A DNA stretch of 64,000 nucleotides. Origin: Anaeromyxobacteraceae bacterium (GTDB lineage Bacteria; Myxococcota; Myxococcia; Myxococcales; Anaeromyxobacteraceae). Below, piece after piece: positions 27,794 to 36,952 of this stretch. The stretch lies in assembly GCA_047602405.1 (NCBI GenBank), contig JASGHJ010000002.1, positions 352,001-416,000 of the forward strand. Reading direction: 5' to 3'. A program made the translations under genes and the position numbers. Each line of letters begins with the position of its first letter. The stretch's first letter is position 1. The notes beneath the pieces were generated by a model. The model saw only the letters and a list, made by a program, of their open reading frames with translations, was not told the DNA's origin and ran no database searches.

Positions 27794-28819
27794 ATGAAGC
27801 TCTCGGAGACTCACAGGAATCTCCTTCGGGCCGTGCTGGAGGGCACGCTTGGCGACCGACGCCCGCCGGTGCAGGAGTTCCGCATCGAGAATGAGAAGGA
27901 CCGCGGTGCGATCGACGAGCTTGAGCAGTCAAAGTTCCTCGCGAGAGACGACGGGGAGTACCGCCTTACCCTGGACGGCTTGTACGGAGCGGACTCAGAC
28001 GCCGCGCGGGGAGTTATCCGGACGTTCAATGCGTTGCTGCCGTCGCTGAAGAACGCGTACCGCGCGGATCCCTCGAAGACGTGGGCAGCCTCGGAGATCG
28101 ATGCTCTGGCTCGCGAATCGGGTCTCTTCGTCAAGGAGCATGCGACGGCAAGGGCGCTTGGAATCCTCTCGTCGGAGGTCCACGTCTGGTCCGGACTGTC
28201 ACCTCCGGCCGCCGGGATGGGCAAGACGCGCCGATGGTTGGTCGACTCGGTGACCTTCATCGAGAGGGTCCTCGATCAGGAGCCCTTGGCTGAGGCGCGA
28301 GAGGTCGAGCTACGAGACCCAGAGGAGACCAGCGGCTCCCTCCAGTTTGCTGCAGCGAGATCGAGCACGAAGAGGAATCGGGTGGTCGAGGCAGCTCCGT
28401 ACCTACCCTTGGAGGTCATACCGAAGAGCATGGGGGTGATCCGCAGCGTCCTCGACGAGGCGAATCGGTGCTTCTCGAACGAGTGCTACAACGGCTGCGC
28501 GGCGCTTCTGCGTCGTGTTGTTGAACTCCTCTTGGTCGAGGCGTACAGGCGAAACGGGATCGCGGATGCGATCCTCGACACTGACGGAGAACGGCTGCTT
28601 CCGCTGGGCCGCATTATCGGGCGCCTCACGGCGGGGCAAGACCTGAGCCTGTCGCCTGTGGCACGCAAATCGCTGGAGAAGGTCAAGCTCCTCGGGGACC
28701 TCGGCGCTCACCACAAGTATGCCCTCATACGCAGAGGTGACCTTGACCGACTCCACGATGGGCTGCGGCCTACGTTGGAGGAGTTGGTGGTGGTTGAAGG
28801 CACTCGGCGCCCAGGATGA
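27794..28819 (+). CDS. Protein with C-terminal DUF4145-like (HEPN superfamily) domain
   Basis: LDEANRCFSNECYNGCAALLRRVVELLL...LEKVKLLGDLGAHH; N-terminal part resembles a wHTH; lower GC. Confidence 0.7.
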   Translation: MKLSETHRNLLRAVLEGTLGDRRPPVQEFRIENEKDRGAIDELEQSKFLARDDGEYRLTLDGLYGADSDAARGVIRTFNALLPSLKNAYRADPSKTWAASEIDALARESGLFVKEHATARALGILSSEVHVWSGLSPPAAGMGKTRRWLVDSVTFIERVLDQEPLAEAREVELRDPEETSGSLQFAAARSSTKRNRVVEAAPYLPLEVIPKSMGVIRSVLDEANRCFSNECYNGCAALLRRVVELLLVEAYRRNGIADAILDTDGERLLPLGRIIGRLTAGQDLSLSPVARKSLEKVKLLGDLGAHHKYALIRRGDLDRLHDGLRPTLEELVVVEGTRRPG

Positions 28820-28914
28820 GCAGGTCATGGCAATGCGAAACGCGATTCAGGCGACTTAGGAGAGGCTGAGGAGGAACGGGTGGACGTGTCCGCGCTGGCA
28901 GGTAGACTGCTCTC

Positions 28915-30358
28915 GTGATCCCCGAGGTGCGACGGCCGGACGCGCGGCGCCAGGGGCTCGCCAGCGCATTTGACCGCGTAGTGAAAGAGCGGTCCCTGCG
29001 TCTCCTTGTCGACTGGGATTCAATCCCCGATGGACCTGTGGCTCGAGTGCTGGAGGAACTGGCCAAACACCCCGACCTAGAGCTCCTTGGAACCCGATCG
29101 TCGGACGCACGCCGAGTCGAATTCAGGCACGGTGGAGGCAACGGGTATGACGGCGCTGTCCTTACCGCGCGAGCCAGTGACGAAGTATCGATCGTCACTC
29201 TTTCGGAAACCGAACGGCACCGCGATGCGGCGCGACGGGCTGACGGGCACATAGACGAGCGTCGACTTCAAGAGAGTCATCTGGGCGCCCTTGCCGCAAG
29301 AGACGGGGTCGATGCGTTGGTGACCGGTAGTCGGTCGCTACTGGCCCGCGATCTCAGGTTGCTCCTCTTGGGACGTCCCAACATCGTGAACCCCGAGGAG
29401 GCGGTCGCACTGGCCGGACTCTTCCTTCGCTCGCGTGGCGAGTACAGCCGACGCCCGAGGGTCCCTGGCCTTGTTGACTGGAGGTCCGCCGAGGACTTCT
29501 ACAGGGCACTTGTTTCGACGCTGGTGCCTTCAAGTCGCTTCTGGTTGTCGGCTGCGATTCCTCGAACGCAAGAGGACCATTTCAGCAGGGAGTTTGAGGC
29601 TCGAGCCTCTGTAGCTAAGTCGATTGAATCGCAGCTGACTCGGGCTCTGCGTGCACGGGATGAACTACAGGTGCAGCGCAGGGGAACGCTCGCTTCCGAC
29701 TCGCCCTACCAGAATCCTCGCCCGATTCGAGTATGCCCTCGTATCGCTCTCGGGCGCACTGGATAGCCTCGCCATGCTGTGTTCGATGGCCTACGGCATC
29801 GAGAAGAGCCGAACTGATTCCTGGCGAGGCAAGAAATGGAGGAGACGGCTTCGCGAAGACCCGCGGACCACAGGAGTGGCTGCGGTTGCGGACCGTACGA
29901 GCACCCAGCGCCTCCTGTCGTTGCTTGGTGAGCTCCGCAACACTGTGCATGGACCCACGCTAGATCCCGTGGTTAGCAATGACCGGAGACGCACCTACGT
30001 CCGAGTCCCACCGATTCGAGTCCCGCCCCTCGAACAAGAGCTCCAAGCTTGGCCCGAAGTGCCTCTTGCCTGGTGGGGCATCGAGTTTGAACGGCGCAGT
30101 GCGCCGCTCAACCTCGAGCACGGCGATGGATTCGTGACGGCCACGTTCTCATCGGGTCCCAACGACCCCGTGTGGGCGATCAACGTCGATCCTGGCGTGT
30201 GCCTCGAGCGGGTGCTGGTGTTCGCGACGCAGGTGATCGACGAGCTTGGCGCAGCCATCGACTGGACCAGGTTCGGCGCCCCAGCCGTGCGAGAGCCGCT
30301 TGAGGAGGATGACTTCCTGAACGAGAGGCTCCGACTCCTTGGAGGAGTGTGGCTATGA
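28915..30358 (+). CDS. Putative PIN-like plus HEPN-like protein; one +1 frameshift at 29712-29716
   Basis: N half: LLVDWDS...LAARDGVDALVTGSRSLL...IVNPEEA. C half: ALVSLSGALDSLA...LGELRNTVHG. Changing GAATC to GATC joins the two ORFs into about 480 aa. Start is uncertain. Confidence 0.55.
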
Positions 30359-30396
30359 GCCCGTGGCGCGGAATTCGACGTGTCGCCATGGGTGCC

Positions 30397-30732
30397 CTAC
30401 ACCCGGCGATGCGCCTCCAACGCTCTGGCCAAGCTCATCGGGTCGAAGCGCACAGCGTTGCCGACTCGGACATGAGGGAGCTCGCCGCGCTCGACCATGG
30501 AGTAGACCGTGGCGCGGCAGACGTTCAGGCGCGCCGCGACCTCCCTGACCGTGAGCAGCCGATCGACTCCGAGCATCAGGTCGGCCCGCCCAACGGGCGC
30601 CCAAGATTCGGTGCGAATCGGTCCGTTCGGTGGGGCTCGGGAGGGTGGCGACGCGGATGCGTCTTCCGATTTGTCCATGGAATCCGGGCGCGCGCGACTC
30701 GCTGCCACCTCGTCCGCGAACGGATCAGGGCC
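30397..30732 (-). CDS. Displaced 3' part of the integrase gene: linker plus excisionase-like HTH (could also start at ATG 30678 or 30576)
   Basis: In frame with the att-core peptide SGRQDLNLRPLGPE shared with int; ends LLTVREVAARLNVCRATVYSMVERGELPHVRVGNAVRFDPMSLARALEAHRRV*. Confidence 0.8.
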   Translation of the reverse strand, partial: GPDPFADEVAASRARPDSMDKSEDASASPPSRAPPNGPIRTESWAPVGRADLMLGVDRLLTVREVAARLNVCRATVYSMVERGELPHVRVGNAVRFDPMSLARALEAHRRV

Positions 30733-30778
30733 TTCGGGACCAAGGGGTCGCAGGTTCAAATCCTGTCTCCCCGACTCA
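30733..30778 (+). repeat. attR core (46 bp, tRNA-Pro 3' fragment)
   Basis: Identical to 14948-14993. Confidence 0.95.
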
Positions 30779-30779
30779 G

Positions 30780-30820
30780 AAGCCCTCGAAACCTGACCGG
30801 TTTCGGGGGCTTTGTCTTTT
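30780..30820 (+). terminator. Intrinsic terminator, probably the original tRNA terminator displaced by integration
   Basis: AAGCCCTCGAAACC-tgacc-GGTTTCGGGGGCTT followed by TGTCTTTT. Confidence 0.75.
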
Positions 30821-30882
30821 GAGCCCCCGGCTGGCACCGAGCCGCTCTCCGCGACCTTCCTGCACGGCGCACCTCCGAGGCG

Positions 30883-31656
30883 TCACCCCAGCATCGGGGC
30901 CGCGCGGAGCTCACCGAGGAGCGCCTGCGGCGTCACGCCGGCGATCGCGCGGAACTCGGCGATGAGGTGCGCCTGGTCGTAGTAGCCGGCCGCGGCGGCG
31001 ATGCCCGCCCAGCCCTCCCGCCGCCCCGCGCGCGCGGCGCCGAGCGCGCGATGGAACCGGATGAGCCGGGCGAACGTCTTCGGGCCGACGCCCACGGTCT
31101 CGCGGAAGACGCGACGGAGGTGTCGCTCGCTCACGCCGAGATCGGCGGCGACCGCGTGCACCGTGGCACGCGGGAGGCGCTCCGCGGCGCTGACGGCGAG
31201 CCGCGCGGCGGCGCGGAGTCCGTCGGCGGCCCCGAGCCGTTCGTTGATGGCGCCTTCGAGTGCCGCGGCCGCGTCGCTCGCGTCGCGCGCGGCGGCGAGG
31301 CGATCGAGGAGGCGGCGCGTCGCCGCGGAGCCCCAGAGCTCTTCGAGCGCGACGATGCGCCCGCCGAGGGCGGAGGCGCGCACGCCGAGCACCGCCTCCG
31401 ATGCGCCGAGCTGGAGCCGCGCCGTCACGGCGCGGTGCCCGCCGCGGAGGAGCTTCCGGTGCACCGTCCGTCGTACGCCCATGGCGTGCACGTCGAGGCC
31501 GCCCCGCGCCGACGGCCCGAACCGGGCGACGATCTGGACCTCCGGACGCGGGATCGAGATGCCCGGCCCGTCCTCGTCGCACGCGTTCACGAGCAGCGCC
31601 GCCACGGCGGTCGCGCCCTGCGCGATGGGAGCATGGAGGACGGCGGGGGCCTGCAC
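30883..31656 (-). CDS. AraC-family transcriptional regulator
   Basis: VAADLGVSERHLRRVF..VGVGPK and WAGIAAAAGYYDQAHLIAEFR. Confidence 0.9.
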   Translation of the reverse strand: MQAPAVLHAPIAQGATAVAALLVNACDEDGPGISIPRPEVQIVARFGPSARGGLDVHAMGVRRTVHRKLLRGGHRAVTARLQLGASEAVLGVRASALGGRIVALEELWGSAATRRLLDRLAAARDASDAAAALEGAINERLGAADGLRAAARLAVSAAERLPRATVHAVAADLGVSERHLRRVFRETVGVGPKTFARLIRFHRALGAARAGRREGWAGIAAAAGYYDQAHLIAEFRAIAGVTPQALLGELRAAPMLG

Positions 31657-31755
31657 GCGAGGATCGTAAAGGGCGGGTCACGGCCCCGCAACGGCCGCCG
31701 GGGGCTGTCCGTTTCCTCCAAGCTGCGTGGACGGCCGGTGACTACCCTCGGCCGC

Positions 31756-32583
31756 ATGAAGATCCTCGTCACCGGAGCGACCGGGAAGATCGGAAGCCGA
31801 CTCACGAAGCGACTCGCCGGGCGCGGCGATCAGGTCCGCGCCCTCGTCCGCGATCCGGCGCGCGCCTCGGCCCTGCGGATGGATCGCGTCGAGCTCACCG
31901 CAGGAGACCTCCTCGACGAGGACTCGCTCCTGGCGGCGGTGCGCGGCGTGGATGCCGTGGTCCACTGCGCCGCGTTCTTCAGGGGGGCGACTCCCGAGCA
32001 GGCCCACGCCGTCAACGACCTGGGCACCCGGCACCTCGCGGGCGCCGCTCGCGCCGCCTCCGTGAACCGCTTCATCTTCACGAGCACCGGCCTCGTCTAC
32101 GGCTCGAACGGCGGGCGCCTGGCGCGCGAGGACGATCCCTGCGCGCCGACCGTGGCCTACCCCGAGAGCAAGCTGGCCGCGGAGCGCTTCCTCCTCGGGC
32201 TCGAGGGGCTCGACGTGCGCGTGCTCCGGCTTCCGTTCGTGTACGGCGACGGCGATCCGCACATCGCGGAGGCGATCCCGATGATGCGCGGCTTCCCGCC
32301 CGCCCAGCGCATGTCGATCGCCCACCACGCCGACGTCGCGCAGGCCGTCGCCCGCGTGCTGGACGCCCCCTCGCCCGCGCACCGCATCTGCAACGTGGTC
32401 GACGACGAGTCGCCCGAGCTCGCCACCGTCTTCGCGGCGGCCGGAGCACCGCCGCCGGACGGCTCGGACGCCGTGCGCGCGCGCGCCTTCGACGCGCTCC
32501 TCGACGGCCGCCGCATCCGCGAGGAGCTCGGCTTCGAGCCCAGGTTCCCCCGGCTCTCGGACGCGATCGCGGCGGGTGCGTGA
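31756..32583 (+). CDS. NAD-dependent epimerase/dehydratase
   Basis: MKILVTGATGKIG; YPESK (YxxxK). Confidence 0.9.
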   Translation: MKILVTGATGKIGSRLTKRLAGRGDQVRALVRDPARASALRMDRVELTAGDLLDEDSLLAAVRGVDAVVHCAAFFRGATPEQAHAVNDLGTRHLAGAARAASVNRFIFTSTGLVYGSNGGRLAREDDPCAPTVAYPESKLAAERFLLGLEGLDVRVLRLPFVYGDGDPHIAEAIPMMRGFPPAQRMSIAHHADVAQAVARVLDAPSPAHRICNVVDDESPELATVFAAAGAPPPDGSDAVRARAFDALLDGRRIREELGFEPRFPRLSDAIAAGA

Positions 32584-32851
32584 AGCGGGTCCTTCACGAC
32601 GGACTCGAGGTGGTTCCGCGGCCGGACCGTGTCCTCGCCGGTGACCCTGTAACGGACCCGGTCACGCCTGCGAGCCGTGCTGCATCCGTGGGTCGGCTGC
32701 GCCTGTGGGCCGACCACGACAACTCCGCGCTCCCACTGGGGACCGCACGCCTGCCCGGGCGCGTGAGCGCTGGCACGCCCCGAGCATCGGGGAGGTGGCG
32801 TGACCTCCGGGCCCGGCTTTCCGGGCACTGGACTCCAGACAGGAGAACACC

Positions 32852-33226
32852 ATGACCTCGAAGACGCTCCTCCTCGCCGCCGTGCTCTCGCTCCCCTTCG
32901 TCGCCTCGGCCCAGGCGCCCGCCGCGAGCGAGGCGGCGGCCGCCGCGAAGCTCCCCACCACCGCGGCCGACCACGCCGCCATGGCGAAGGAGTACGAGCA
33001 GAAGGCGGCGGAATGGCGCAAGGAGGCCGCGTTGCACAAGCAGATGGCGGCCGAGTACAGGCGCAGCCACCCGGACACGAAGAGCGGCACGAAGAACCGC
33101 TGGGCCGAGAAGATGGAGAAGCACTGCATGGCCATCGTGAAGGACGCGGAGAAGCTCGCGGCCGACGCCGACTGGGCGGCGAAGTACCACCAGCAGCGCG
33201 CGCTCGAGCTCGGAGCGGCCAGGTAG
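32852..33226 (+). CDS. Small secreted helical His/Met-rich protein
   Basis: AGGAG RBS; signal peptide; DHAAMA..LHKQMA..MEKHCM..YH. Confidence 0.75.
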   Translation: MTSKTLLLAAVLSLPFVASAQAPAASEAAAAAKLPTTAADHAAMAKEYEQKAAEWRKEAALHKQMAAEYRRSHPDTKSGTKNRWAEKMEKHCMAIVKDAEKLAADADWAAKYHQQRALELGAAR

Positions 33227-33350
33227 GGCGAGCCGCGCGTGAGCAGGCGAAGAGCGTGGCTGGACGCGCCCGGCCTCGCACGGAGCTTGGCGGCGTCGCA
33301 GCGAATCACTCGCCGGTGGTGGTGCGCGTCGCAGAGCCGAGCGGAGGCCC

Positions 33351-34226
33351 TCAGGCCGCCCGCGCCACCGCCGCCGCGCAGAGCTTCTCGCTCAGGCTCC
33401 ACAGGTCCGCCGCGAGCTTCGCATCCAGCGCCTGCTTCTGCGGCGTCGCAGGCCGCCGCTTCGAGACGTACTCGCCCTTCAGCGCCGCTGCCTCCGGTGC
33501 GGTCGCGAGCCAGATGAGCGAGTCCGCGCCCTGCTCCGGCGTGACCGCGAAGGGCCTCGCGAGCGTGTAGACGAGGTTCAGGAGGAGGCCCTGATCGGAG
33601 CCGAAGCCGCCGAAGCGGGTGGCGACCATGCCGGGCTCGAAGCAGTTCGCGGTCGCCGTGGTCCCCGCGAGCCGCCGCTGGAGCTCCTTCGTGAAGAGGA
33701 CGTTCGCGAGCTTGGAGGTCGCGTACGCGCCCGGGCCCGAGCCCTCGAGCGACGTCGGCGTCGTCGCGAGATCGAGCCTGCCACGGGCCTGCATGGCGCT
33801 CGAGGTGGAGACGACGCGGGCGCCCGGCGTCTTCTCGAGGAGGTCGAGGAGGGAGGTCGTGAGCTGGAAGTAGGCGAGGTGGTTGAGCGCGAAGGTGAGC
33901 TCGACGCCCTCCGGCCCCAACACCGGTGCCTTGAAGGTCGCGCCGGCGTTGTTCACGAGGACGTCGAGGCGGTCGTGCCGGGCCTTGAACGTGTCCGCCG
34001 CGCGCTTCACGTCGGCCATGCGGGAGAGGTCGCAGAGGAGGAGCTCCAGGTGCTCGTTCCCGCTCGCGGCCCGGAGCTCGGCGAGCACCTGCTCGGACTT
34101 CTCCCGGTTGCGCCCGACGAGGGTCACGGCCGCGCCGCGCCTCGCGAAGTTCGTCGCGGCGGCCTTGCCGATGCCGTCGGTCGCGCCGGTGACGAGGAAC
34201 ACCTTGCCTGCGAGATCCTGCTCCAT
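33351..34226 (-). CDS. SDR family oxidoreductase (in frame with the upstream DedA/VTT ORF)
   Basis: VTGATDGIG, LVNNAG, YATSKLAN; GGAG before ATG 34226. Confidence 0.88.
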   Translation of the reverse strand: MEQDLAGKVFLVTGATDGIGKAAATNFARRGAAVTLVGRNREKSEQVLAELRAASGNEHLELLLCDLSRMADVKRAADTFKARHDRLDVLVNNAGATFKAPVLGPEGVELTFALNHLAYFQLTTSLLDLLEKTPGARVVSTSSAMQARGRLDLATTPTSLEGSGPGAYATSKLANVLFTKELQRRLAGTTATANCFEPGMVATRFGGFGSDQGLLLNLVYTLARPFAVTPEQGADSLIWLATAPEAAALKGEYVSKRRPATPQKQALDAKLAADLWSLSEKLCAAAVARAA

Positions 34227-34916
34227 GGGGGACGCTCCGATCCGGTGGGGTGACCGCCGTCGCGCCCGCGCACGGGCGAGGGCAGCGACGACCAGCGAGA
34301 GGGCGATGAGCGCGCCCATGATCGGCCAGGCGCGTGGCTGCAGCCGACCCGCCTCGTCGAACAGCTCGCCGCCGAGGTAGCTCACGAGCGAGAGCGGCGG
34401 CACGTAGCCGAGGAGCGAGCCCCAGACGTGCGTCCAGAACCCCACCCTCGAGACGCCGAAGAAGAAGTGCAGCGCCTGCGGCATCCAGAAGATGAGGCGC
34501 AGGAGGACCACCGTCTCGAACGCGTGCGCCTCGAGCGCCTCGTCGTGGCGGCGCAACCGCGCCGGGATACGCGCCGACACCCAGTCCCTCGCGACGAAGC
34601 GCGCGAACGAGAAGCCGACGACGCTCGCGCTCATCGTCCCCGCCATCGAGAGCGCGAACGCGGTCTGCCAGGGCCAGATCAGCGGCGCGGCGACGACGAA
34701 GACGGTGCCCGGGACGCCGAAGGGCTGGAGGACCGTGTAGGCGAGGACGAACGCGAGGTATCCCCACCCGCCCATCGCGACGAGGCCGTGCGCGAAGGCC
34801 TTCGGCGCCGCGAGCTGGTCGTAGAGCCCGAGGCGCCAGGCCGCTGCGAGCAGGGCGAGCACCACCGCCACCGCCCCGGCGCGGGCGCACGTGAGCGCGC
34901 GCGGCGTCACGGTCAC
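34227..34916 (-). CDS. TVP38/TMEM64 (DedA/VTT) membrane protein; no stop before the SDR
   Basis: GTGA overlap with the upstream gene; PFGVPG, FARFVARDWV, VVLLRLIFWMP; multiple TM helices. Confidence 0.8.
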
Positions 34917-35575
34917 GCCCCGACGCGGTTGATGTCGGCGGACTCCAGGATGAAGCGGTCGGCGCGGCCCTGGACGGACCTGAGCATCGCGCGCCCGAGG
35001 ATCTCGGAGGTGGTGAAGAGGAACGGCATGAAGCGCACGAGCAGGGGGATGAAGGCGAACAGCGGGCTCAGGAGGACGATCCCGGCCTGGTAGCCACGGG
35101 TGCGGCTCCGGATGCCCCGCCCGGGCCGGATGAAGCCCGGCCGGACGGCGGCGGCGTGCCGGAACGGCATGGCACGGAGCGCGCCCTCGACCCGCTGCCG
35201 GACGCGGGCCCACATCGAGCGGCCGCCCGCGCCGCCCGCGGAGCAGTAGCAGAACGAGAGCCCCGGGTTGAGGCGCAGGAGCGCGCGCGCCCACGTGAGC
35301 GTGAGCTCCTCCGTCACCTTGGCATAGGCCGCCTCGTCGAGCCCCACCGAGCTCGTCCCCACCGCCCAGATGCAGGCGTCGTAGCCGGTGAGCTGATCCT
35401 CGACGGCCGCGAAGTCGAACAGGTCCGCGAGGAGGAGCTCGCGGAGCTTCGGGTGCGAGACGCCGCACGGCCGCCGCCCGACGCTGAGCACGGTCTCCAC
35501 CTCCGGGGCCGCGAGCGCCTCGCGCAGGGTCCCTGCGCCGACCATGCCGGACGCACCGAAGATGACGAGCTTCAT
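34913..35575 (-). CDS. NAD(P)-binding Rossmann-fold protein (atypical SDR)
   Basis: MKLVIFGASGMVG, DACIWAVG, RPGFIRP. Confidence 0.85.
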   Translation of the reverse strand: MKLVIFGASGMVGAGTLREALAAPEVETVLSVGRRPCGVSHPKLRELLLADLFDFAAVEDQLTGYDACIWAVGTSSVGLDEAAYAKVTEELTLTWARALLRLNPGLSFCYCSAGGAGGRSMWARVRQRVEGALRAMPFRHAAAVRPGFIRPGRGIRSRTRGYQAGIVLLSPLFAFIPLLVRFMPFLFTTSEILGRAMLRSVQGRADRFILESADINRVGA

Positions 35576-36129
35576 CGACGGCCTCCCTTCGACGACACGA
35601 ACCGGTCCACGAGGATCCCGAGGCGGCCGTCGAGCACCTCCACCTCCGGCTCGTCGGAGAGGAGGCCGTCCAGGGCGAGGAGGAACACCTCCGCGTCCGC
35701 CGCGCGCCCGAGCACCGCCGCCATGCACTCGAGCGCCACCTTGCGGTGGAGGGCGTCGATCTCGGGGTCGATCCGCGCGCAGACGTCGAAGAACTCGGAG
35801 CCCATGGGCGCCCTCGCCATGTCGGCCCAGGGCTCGAGCACCATCACCTTGCAGATCGTCATCAGGCGCTCGCGCGGGTCGCCCTTGGCGCGCGCGGCCT
35901 TCCGCGCCTCCGGATGCCGCGCCACGAGCCAGTGCGCGAACACGGAGGTGAAGATGTCCTCCTTGTCCTTGAAGGTCCGGTAGAGGAGCGTGCGCGAGAT
36001 GCCGGCGCGCTTCGCGATGTCCTCGAGCGAGGTCTTCGCGAAGCCGAAGTTGAGGAAGCACCAGCGCGCGGCCTCGAGCACCTTCTCCCGGCGCTCGGCG
36101 GTGTCCTGTTCGGTGAGGGCGACCGGCAT
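35572..36129 (-). CDS. TetR/AcrR-family regulator
   Basis: GFAKTSLEDIAKRAGISRTLLYRTFKDKEDIF. Confidence 0.92.
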   Translation of the reverse strand: MPVALTEQDTAERREKVLEAARWCFLNFGFAKTSLEDIAKRAGISRTLLYRTFKDKEDIFTSVFAHWLVARHPEARKAARAKGDPRERLMTICKVMVLEPWADMARAPMGSEFFDVCARIDPEIDALHRKVALECMAAVLGRAADAEVFLLALDGLLSDEPEVEVLDGRLGILVDRFVSSKGGRR

Positions 36130-36304
36130 GGAGACGTTGTGACAGGAGGCGCTTCACGTGTCAACACGTGTCGCACGCATCATCCCCTCTCCCCCCGACG
36201 CGCGGCGTCCGGGGGAGAGCGTGAGGGGGCCGGGCCGCGCATGTCCGTGGGGCGCCTAGACTGGTCGGGAAAGGGAGGGCGAGTCCTGCCCGCGGAGGCG
36301 CGCC

Positions 36305-36838
36305 ATGGCCGACCCCGTCCTGGATCACGACCGCCGGCTGTTCGTCTCCTTCCAGCCCGACAAGCGCCGGGGAGCCCTGCAGCTCGCACGCGCGTTCCTC
36401 GGGGCGCTCACGAAGCTCGGGCCGCAGGAGGGCCGGCTCGTCATGCAGCTCGACGAGCTCGTGGGCGGGAGCAGCGCGCTCGTCGAGGCCATCCCGTTCC
36501 TGCCGTCGGAGCCGGTCGCGCTGTGCCTGACGGGGACGCCCGGGGTCGTCGACGCCGTCTCCCGGCGGATCAACGCGTCCTCGAGCGCGAAGTTCGCGAA
36601 CGTTCGCCCGCGCCTGCCCATCGCCGAGCTCCGCATCTCCGCCGTGGTCCGGGAGGGAAGGATCACGCTCGTCCCCGACCGCGAGCTCGGTGCGGTGGGC
36701 CACGCCGGCCTCGCGAAGTCGGGCTGGTCGGTGGCGGAGACGGACGAGGACCTCGAGTCCCAGGTGCCGCTGTTCGAGGCGGAGCAGTGGCTCGAGGCGT
36801 GGGGTGCGCGGCCGCCGGTGGCGGCGAGCAGCCCGTAG
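36305..36838 (+). CDS. Hypothetical protein
   Basis: GGAGG RBS; 177-aa ORF with host-like codon usage. Confidence 0.65.
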   Translation: MADPVLDHDRRLFVSFQPDKRRGALQLARAFLGALTKLGPQEGRLVMQLDELVGGSSALVEAIPFLPSEPVALCLTGTPGVVDAVSRRINASSSAKFANVRPRLPIAELRISAVVREGRITLVPDRELGAVGHAGLAKSGWSVAETDEDLESQVPLFEAEQWLEAWGARPPVAASSP

Positions 36839-36952
36839 CCAGGACCGGACCAAGGGGCTGGAATCCGGAGGGAAGTTCTGCGAGGCGAAGCCCCGAGCCT
36901 CGCCCCAGGCCGCATCGAGGTCCGCCCCGTCTCTAGAGTCCGGGCAGTGACC

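Larger units (their letters stand above)
14948..30778. mobile_element. ~15.8-kb integrative element / genomic island in tRNA-Pro
   Basis: Perfect 46-bp direct repeat of the tRNA 3' half at both ends; adjacent tyrosine integrase; xis, primase-helicase and defence-like cargo; visibly lower GC in part of the cargo. Confidence 0.93.

Noticed and set aside
30733..30778. Second tRNA-Pro gene
   Set aside because: Only the 3' half is present; it is attR
14948..30778. Prophage or conjugative ICE
   Set aside because: No capsid, terminase, tail, relaxase or T4SS genes were recognised; called only an integrative element
36140..36163. TGACA-N14-TGTCA upstream of tetR
   Set aside because: A plausible operator, but 5-bp arms are too short to support alone
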